DNA of 28,797 bases from contig JASFYR010000031.1 in the NCBI GenBank assembly GCA_045047115.1, positions 1 through 28,797 on the forward strand, given 5' to 3'. A program made the translations under genes and the position numbers. Source of the stretch: Sulfurospirillum sp. GTDB taxonomy: Bacteria > Campylobacterota > Campylobacteria > Campylobacterales > Sulfurospirillaceae. Numbering within the stretch: the first letter of the stretch is position 1; every line of letters begins with the position of its first letter. The notes beneath the pieces were generated by a model, which was not told the DNA's origin, did no database searches, and saw only the letters and a list, made by a program, of their open reading frames with translations. Shown piece by piece: positions 27,613 through 28,797 of the stretch.

Positions 27613-28326
27613 AAGCTTCTCTCTTGAGAGCATAATTTTATGCTTATACATATCTGCTTTTATGACGATGTCAGAAAACTCGATAGGCTGCATCTTTTCA
27701 TCATAAGAGAGTCTATGCAAAGACAAAAGAGGTGAATTTTCTTTTATCTCTAGCCTTTTTGCTTCTTGTTTTGTGGCTGCTCTTGCCTCTACGGTCTCTA
27801 CAGCCTTAAAGAACTCTATGCCATACTCCTTCTTTAAAAAAGTATACAGGGATTGGATTTTAAAATTTTCTTGTATATTTGGAACATTTTGAACATCCAA
27901 ATAATTTATCATAAGAGCAAAAGGAACGCCGTCTAAAACTCTGAATCTTCTTATGCAAAGAAGTGTATCACATCTTAAAAGGCTTTTGACATAGTGGTCT
28001 GTATTTATGAGTTCATACTCTATGGATTTTGTCTGAAGGGAGTGATTCTGCTTGGAAAATCTTTGAGCAAATGAGCCGATAGAGCTTGCGTCATATAGGA
28101 TTTTTTTCTCTTTTACAAAAGTACCTTTTCCTTGTTTTTTGATGATTACACCCTCTCTGTCTAACTCATCCATAGCTTTTCTTACTGTAATTCTGCTTAC
28201 ACCGTACATTTGGATTAGTTTACTCTCGGGAGGCAATAGGTCATTTGGTTTGTAATTGGTCTTTATATCTTTTAGTAGTTTGTTTTTTAGCTGTACATAC
28301 AGTGGTATTCCGTTATTTTCAAACAA
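27607..28326 (-). CDS. GntR family transcriptional regulator (HutC subfamily, UTRA domain)
   Basis: PLYVQLK...LPPE...YGVSRITVRKA...QGKGTFV and C-terminal SLY.FL...ETVEA. TTG start, SD GAGAGGG, TATAAT at 28364-28369. Confidence 0.93.
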   Translation of the reverse strand: MFENNGIPLYVQLKNKLLKDIKTNYKPNDLLPPESKLIQMYGVSRITVRKAMDELDREGVIIKKQGKGTFVKEKKILYDASSIGSFAQRFSKQNHSLQTKSIEYELINTDHYVKSLLRCDTLLCIRRFRVLDGVPFALMINYLDVQNVPNIQENFKIQSLYTFLKKEYGIEFFKAVETVEARAATKQEAKRLEIKENSPLLSLHRLSYDEKMQPIEFSDIVIKADMYKHKIMLSREKLS

Positions 28327-28408
28327 AAATATACCCTCTCTTAAAGTTTATCTTTAATCATACATTATAAGAATTTAAATAGTGCTTATTTTTAGTTTAT
28401 TTTCTACC

Positions 28409-28447
28409 CTATATCTACCCATTAAAGAAATTTAATGGTAAATATAG
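28409..28447 (-). terminator. Imperfect hairpin just after the restriction-subunit stop codon
   Basis: Core ccattaaa-gaaa-tttaatgg, extended by ctatat/atatag. Confidence 0.4.
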
Positions 28448-28456
28448 ATATGCTTT

Positions 28457-28797
28457 TTAAATAAACTCCCTCATATGCTCAAAGTTGTTAGACTGTATGA
28501 ACTGAGTCTCTTGTGATATTTCCTTAAAGTGTTGGGTTGCACATTTTATTTTTGCTTCTTCTGTATCTCTTAAGTCATCAGTAAATAAGCTTCCCTTACT
28601 TTCAACTACAAAGTAAAGTTTCTCTTCATTATCTTTCTCAATTAAAACAGCCCAGTCAGGGTTGTATCCACCAAGAGGGGTATTTATCTTGAACCATGAA
28701 GGAAGTTTTGTGAAAAGTTTAACATTTTCATTTTCATTAAATGAACGAGCAAATCCTTTTTCTACATCTGAATCATAAACAGTGTAGTTGTAGATAG
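28457..28797 (-). CDS. 3' end (about 112 aa) of a probable type III restriction-modification Res subunit; 5' part outside the window
   Basis: Manual translation: ...VYDSDVEKGFA...LFTKLPSWFKINTPLGGYNPDWAVLI...LYFVVESKG...EEAKIKCATQHF...REFI-TAA. PD...ExK nuclease motif in a type III Res-like context. Confidence 0.85.
   Translation of the reverse strand, partial: IYNYTVYDSDVEKGFARSFNENENVKLFTKLPSWFKINTPLGGYNPDWAVLIEKDNEEKLYFVVESKGSLFTDDLRDTEEAKIKCATQHFKEISQETQFIQSNNFEHMREFI

Overview
AT-rich chromosomal segment of a Campylobacterota (epsilonproteobacterial) bacterium, inferred from gene content and order, a PgbA-like protein and TGnTATAAT promoters. Most of it is housekeeping: DUF465 protein, argJ, K+ channel, rpmB, HDOD plus a CheX-like gene, rpe, trpF, a DEDDh exonuclease, gamma-carbonic anhydrase, ppk1, uvrB, zapB/zapA-like genes, two prepilin-type genes, priA, ispG, dnaB, comEC, yihY, glcD, pgbA-like, an M23 peptidase, mgtE and a GntR regulator. 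It ends in the 3' part of a probable type III restriction subunit that the ORF track missed. The non-routine features are: (1) a 342-aa LAGLIDADG intein splitting the DnaB Walker A motif; (2) two copies of a perfect ~70-bp palindrome (GGGGTCAGGG...CCCTGACCCC) at gene 3' ends, each followed by a short tandem duplication; (3) a 75-bp MITE-like insert with 11-bp TIRs and a 5-bp duplication that creates a Cys-rich 27-aa uORF in front of a STAS-STAS-CheX-like gene; (4) a stand-alone PDC/IPDC-type decarboxylase followed by a ~93-bp hairpin; (5) a terminator-like hairpin encoded inside a prepilin leader; (6) an apparently leaderless uvrB. No rRNA, tRNA, CRISPR array or transposase was seen. All calls come from reading the sequence by eye, without database searches.
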